DNA of 64,000 bases. It comes from Octopus vulgaris (lineage: Eukaryota). The notes beneath the pieces were generated by a model. That model ran no database searches. It was not told the DNA's origin and was given only the letters and a program-made list of their open reading frames with translations. Both the position numbers and the translations under genes were made by a program. Of the stretch, positions 59,970 through 64,000 are shown piece by piece; the first letter of the stretch is position 1; each line of letters begins with the position of its first letter. Location of the stretch: the NCBI GenBank assembly GCA_951406725.2, contig OX597831.1, forward strand, positions 81,282,001 to 81,346,000, given 5' to 3'.

Positions 59970-61648
59970 ATAGTGTCGAGTCAAAGGCACATCGACCTGG
60001 TCGGCGAGACACTAAAAGAATACGAAGCCGTAACGGGAGCAAAAATTAACCGGGAAAAGTTAGTGGGCTTGCGGCTCGGCACCTGGAGAAGCAAGCCCAT
60101 GCCGTTCACCAGCATCTCCATCGTGGGACACTGGACCGACGAACCGGTTAAATTGCTCGGAGTCTGGTTCGGTCCGGACCTCCAAATGGGGTAGAACTGG
60201 GGCGAAATAACGACTAGGGTGGGTACTCTCACCCAGCAATGGGCTGAGAGGAAGCTATCCCTAAAAGGTCGGGCGGAGGTGGCGAACGCGTACATCGCAT
60301 CCGTCATCGAGTAGTGCCTGACCGTCGTGCCTTGTCCCGACCCTACCATCACCAAACTGGAACGCATACTCTTCCGCTTCCTGTGGAAGGGAAGCGTTCC
60401 GATGGTTAGGCGATCCAAATGCTGTCAACACCCGCTAAATGGAGGGCTAGGCATGCCGTGGTTGATGATGCGCAGACATGCGCTGAGACTGCGACATCTC
60501 CGGCGCTTCATAGACGATGGTGAACAGGTGTGGCCGCCTTTTGTACGACGCGCTTTCCCGCAGCTCGTCTCCTTGGCCGAACTACAATCGTGGATCAAAC
60601 AGAGACCGAGGCTAGGCGAATGGCACCGCGAGTGTCGCGTTGCTCTCAAGCAACTCTGCCGTCCGGGATCAAACTTGTGCGACTCTATCACAACAAAGCA
60701 TTCTATAGAGGATTAATGGAGGGGAGGTGCGACGACGTTCTCGGGCAGAATCTGGGCGTCGACGAGAGACACCTGACCCGCCTGTTCAGGACAACTTTCG
60801 GGCCGGGACCTATGGACATTCACCAAAGATCTCTGGCCTGGCAGTGCTATCGAGAAGCATTAACTGTTCGGGATAAGGTCTACAGGCACGGCTCGAGACA
60901 CACTGGACCGACCTGCCCGAGATGCGGTCAGAGCGACGAAACCGTTCTGCACGCACTCGTGCAGTGTCCATCCATTTCGGACCTGTGGACTTATGCCGAA
61001 CGGCTGCTGTCACGTGTGGTACGAGTCCGCCTGTCGGTCGAGTCTATCGTGGAAATTGCACCCCTCTCCCTCAACCGGGAAGGCAAGGCAGTCTTCATTG
61101 TACTGGTGGCTATGGTGAAAGAATGTATGTGGTGGACTCGAGCGAAAGGATTAGAGACAAACACTTACCTCTATGGCCAATCGGTCATGAACTTTTTTAA
61201 GTACCACTTGAAAAGGAAGGTGAGAATGGAAAGGCAAGTTTTGTCTCGTGAAAGATTCAAAAAAGATGGGTGAATGTTGCAAAGATGGTGCGTGCGAGTA
61301 ACGAAACAATTTTGAGCATGATCCTGTAGATCGTAAAAAAGAAAGAAAGAGAGCATTTTTGACCTCATGTGTTTATTTCCTCCCTGACTGGGGTTCCCGT
61401 GGTCTTTTCTGTAGGCTTTTCTCCCCACGGATGAACCTAATCTTGTTTGTTACTTTGGAAAAAAAAATTTCCTTCTGTGATACATGATCCCTTTTGATCG
61501 TTCTTTTTTTTCTTCTGATCCTTTTTGATCGAAATTTTAGATTTGTTTCCTTTTTTTCTTTCTTTTTCCTTTTCCATCACCGAAAAGAAAAGCTCTACAT
61601 TTGTAATTGTTCCCTCTGTGTCCAGCCCTGAGTGGCCAATAAAGAAAG
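59968..61648 (+). mobile_element. Tx1/L1-clade LINE, 5'-truncated, inside (TCTA)n
   Basis: YEAVTGAKINREK, VKLLGVWF, LSLKGRAEVAN, FLWKG, GGLGMP and CCHC CPRCGQSDETVLHALVQC. The T-rich 3' UTR ends AATAAAGAAAG. Confidence 0.88.
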
Positions 61649-61650
61649 TT

Positions 61651-61655
61651 ATCTG

Positions 61656-61741
<86 letters not shown>

Positions 61742-61762
61742 CATCCATCCATCCATCCATCC

Positions 61763-61824
<62 letters not shown>

Positions 61825-61860
61825 TTATTTATTTATTTATTTATCTATCTATCTGTCTGT
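61651..61860. repeat. (TCTA)n/(TCCA)n microsatellite
   Basis: Directly visible. Confidence 0.97.
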
Positions 61861-62144
61861 TTGTCTATCTGTTTCTCTCTCTCTCGCTCTCGCTCTCTCT
61901 CTCTCTCTCACTACACACACACACACACACATATATTTATATATATAAATGGATGAATGAATTATCCTTTGTTTACCGTTAACATGGAAAATTCAATAAA
62001 CAGTTACCAATGTAGCAAAATTCACGCAAGTAACACGGATGTAGCGACCTATTCAAAGGTAGAAACTGTGGGTTAATGTGCGGTAATTTGTGTAGTATAA
62101 GTAAATAAATGGAGTTGAACGCAGATGCTATTCAAATTCTTTTA

Positions 62145-62227
62145 CTTTCGACATATGTTTCGAAGACAACATTGGTGTTATTCCAAAGGCATAATCGGTG
62201 TAAAATGCAATCTTCTCATTAGGAAAG
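62145..62227 (-). ncRNA. Type I hammerhead motif with long stem II (G5A) within a ~320-bp element between TA repeats
   Basis: CUUUC-CUAAUGA-GAAGA...UCUUC-GAAA-CAUAUG-UC-GAAAG. Confidence 0.75.
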
Positions 62228-62263
62228 AAAGAGAACCTATCTCAGCAACAAGACATTATAACA

Positions 62264-62352
<89 letters not shown>

Positions 62353-63084
62353 CATATCCTTGGTTTGCAGGATGTGATGTGGGGAGGTTCGTGTAGAGTT
62401 TTTTAAAACAGTTAGTCGACCCGACCGCATAGAAGTTTCTTCATCGGTTTTTAACATTTTTCGTTTACATCCTCACCAGATCATCCAACTTTCTCACCTG
62501 ACTACTGAACTTTTCCAGGTAAATCTATTATTATTATTCCTCATTACCTGGCAGATTTAAGTTAGACTAATTTAATTGAACTAATGATAAAATAGCTTTT
62601 AAAAATACTTTTACGATTTGATAACGGTTAATATCTGCTTTTAGAAGTTTAGAAAATGGTAAATGTCTGCTGGCAAATAGTTGTTGCTGCTGCAGCTACT
62701 GTTGTTGTTCTTGCTGTTTACTCCAGAGAAGTCTTGACTAAACAGAGCTATGTTAAAAGATATTCCATCCATGCCCATCCAGCTTATTGTATACCTTCTT
62801 CAATCTGTACTTTCTGTTTTTAAGACAATACGATGGAATATGAAGAATATTTGACAGCTATTTCAAGCATGTCAAAGGACTAAGTGGTAGCTCCAGCATA
62901 GCCGTGTTTTTGTCTTCGATAGTATGTCTGTATTTGTGTGATTTAGTAAAGAGATATGACTGAAACCCTTCACATCATTCCTTGGAATCTGCTTTAATAT
63001 TTTGAACTGATTAACCATCATAAAACATTGAAAATTTTATCGGCAAAACCTACTTCCACCCCACTCCCAGTGTCTACCACTTAG

Positions 63085-63325
<241 letters not shown>

Positions 63326-63564
63326 TAGTTCTATAAACTAATTTCCCACCATTTCACTTATCTGTTGAAATAAAACAGTTTACTCCAGCAAGAAAGATAT
63401 TCACATGTCTCACTCACAGAATCTGATGGTCCGCGAGAAAAGAATGTCCTTTTTCTATGAGGCACTCACTTTGACTATGAGAATTTGAGGTCAGAAATGT
63501 GGATCAATTGAATACAAATGATCAATTGTCAGTGACACAGATGTATTAATAATTCTAATTTTTG

Positions 63565-63755
63565 ACAGCGGTTTTCTGGGGAGAGGAATTGCCGATTGCA
63601 ACGATTCCAGTGTTCCACTGGTACTTAGTTTATCGACCTCGAATGGATGAAAAACAATATCGATCTCTATGGCATTTGAACTCAGAACATAAAGCCGGAA
63701 GAAATGCTGCTAAGCAATTTTTCCGGCGTGCTAAGGAACCTGCTAGCTCGCCTCC
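63565..63755 (-). mobile_element. SINE family A, decayed
   Basis: actggtacttagtttatcgacc..gatgaaa..atttgaactcagaac..gctaagca..ctgctagctcgcc. Confidence 0.7.
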
Positions 63756-64000
63756 TTCAGTACAATAATAACAAATATAAAATGATAATTATGTTGATTT
63801 GTTTTTCGATCTTATGTCAATGAAAAGAGAATCGTCCTGCAAGAAATTTTTTTCGTAATTGGAAAGAAAAAAAAACTTTTTGGATATTTATTTGACTAAA
63901 TTTTCTCTCTCTATTTTTTCTTTTATCACAATGTTCAATATAAAAATAATCCTTTTTATTAACATTGAAAGAAGGTCAGAAAATTTGAGGAGAGATCACA

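Overview
This is an AT-rich, repeat-saturated, non-coding eukaryotic window. The SINE families and extreme microsatellite load look like an octopus/cephalopod genome (inference from recalled repeats, not a search). I find no credible host protein-coding gene: almost all listed ORFs are translations of microsatellites. Recognisable coding relics are decayed transposons: an R4/Dong-type RLE LINE, two RTE fragments, a CR1 3' fragment, a HERO-like 3' end, a Tx1/L1-clade fragment, a Tc1, a mariner and a non-autonomous Helitron, plus many tRNA-derived SINEs. The main signal is RNA structure. First, about 16 type I hammerhead-ribozyme motifs sit in short Penelope-like/retrozyme-like elements, most of them next to (TA)n and several forming foldbacks. 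Second, four copies of a rearranged (non-circularly permuted) hammerhead-like fold, with an extra stem and compensatory base changes, occur in two unrelated retroelement contexts: a direct-repeat retrozyme-like unit and a HERO-like LINE 3' UTR. All folds were paired by eye and no activity is demonstrated.
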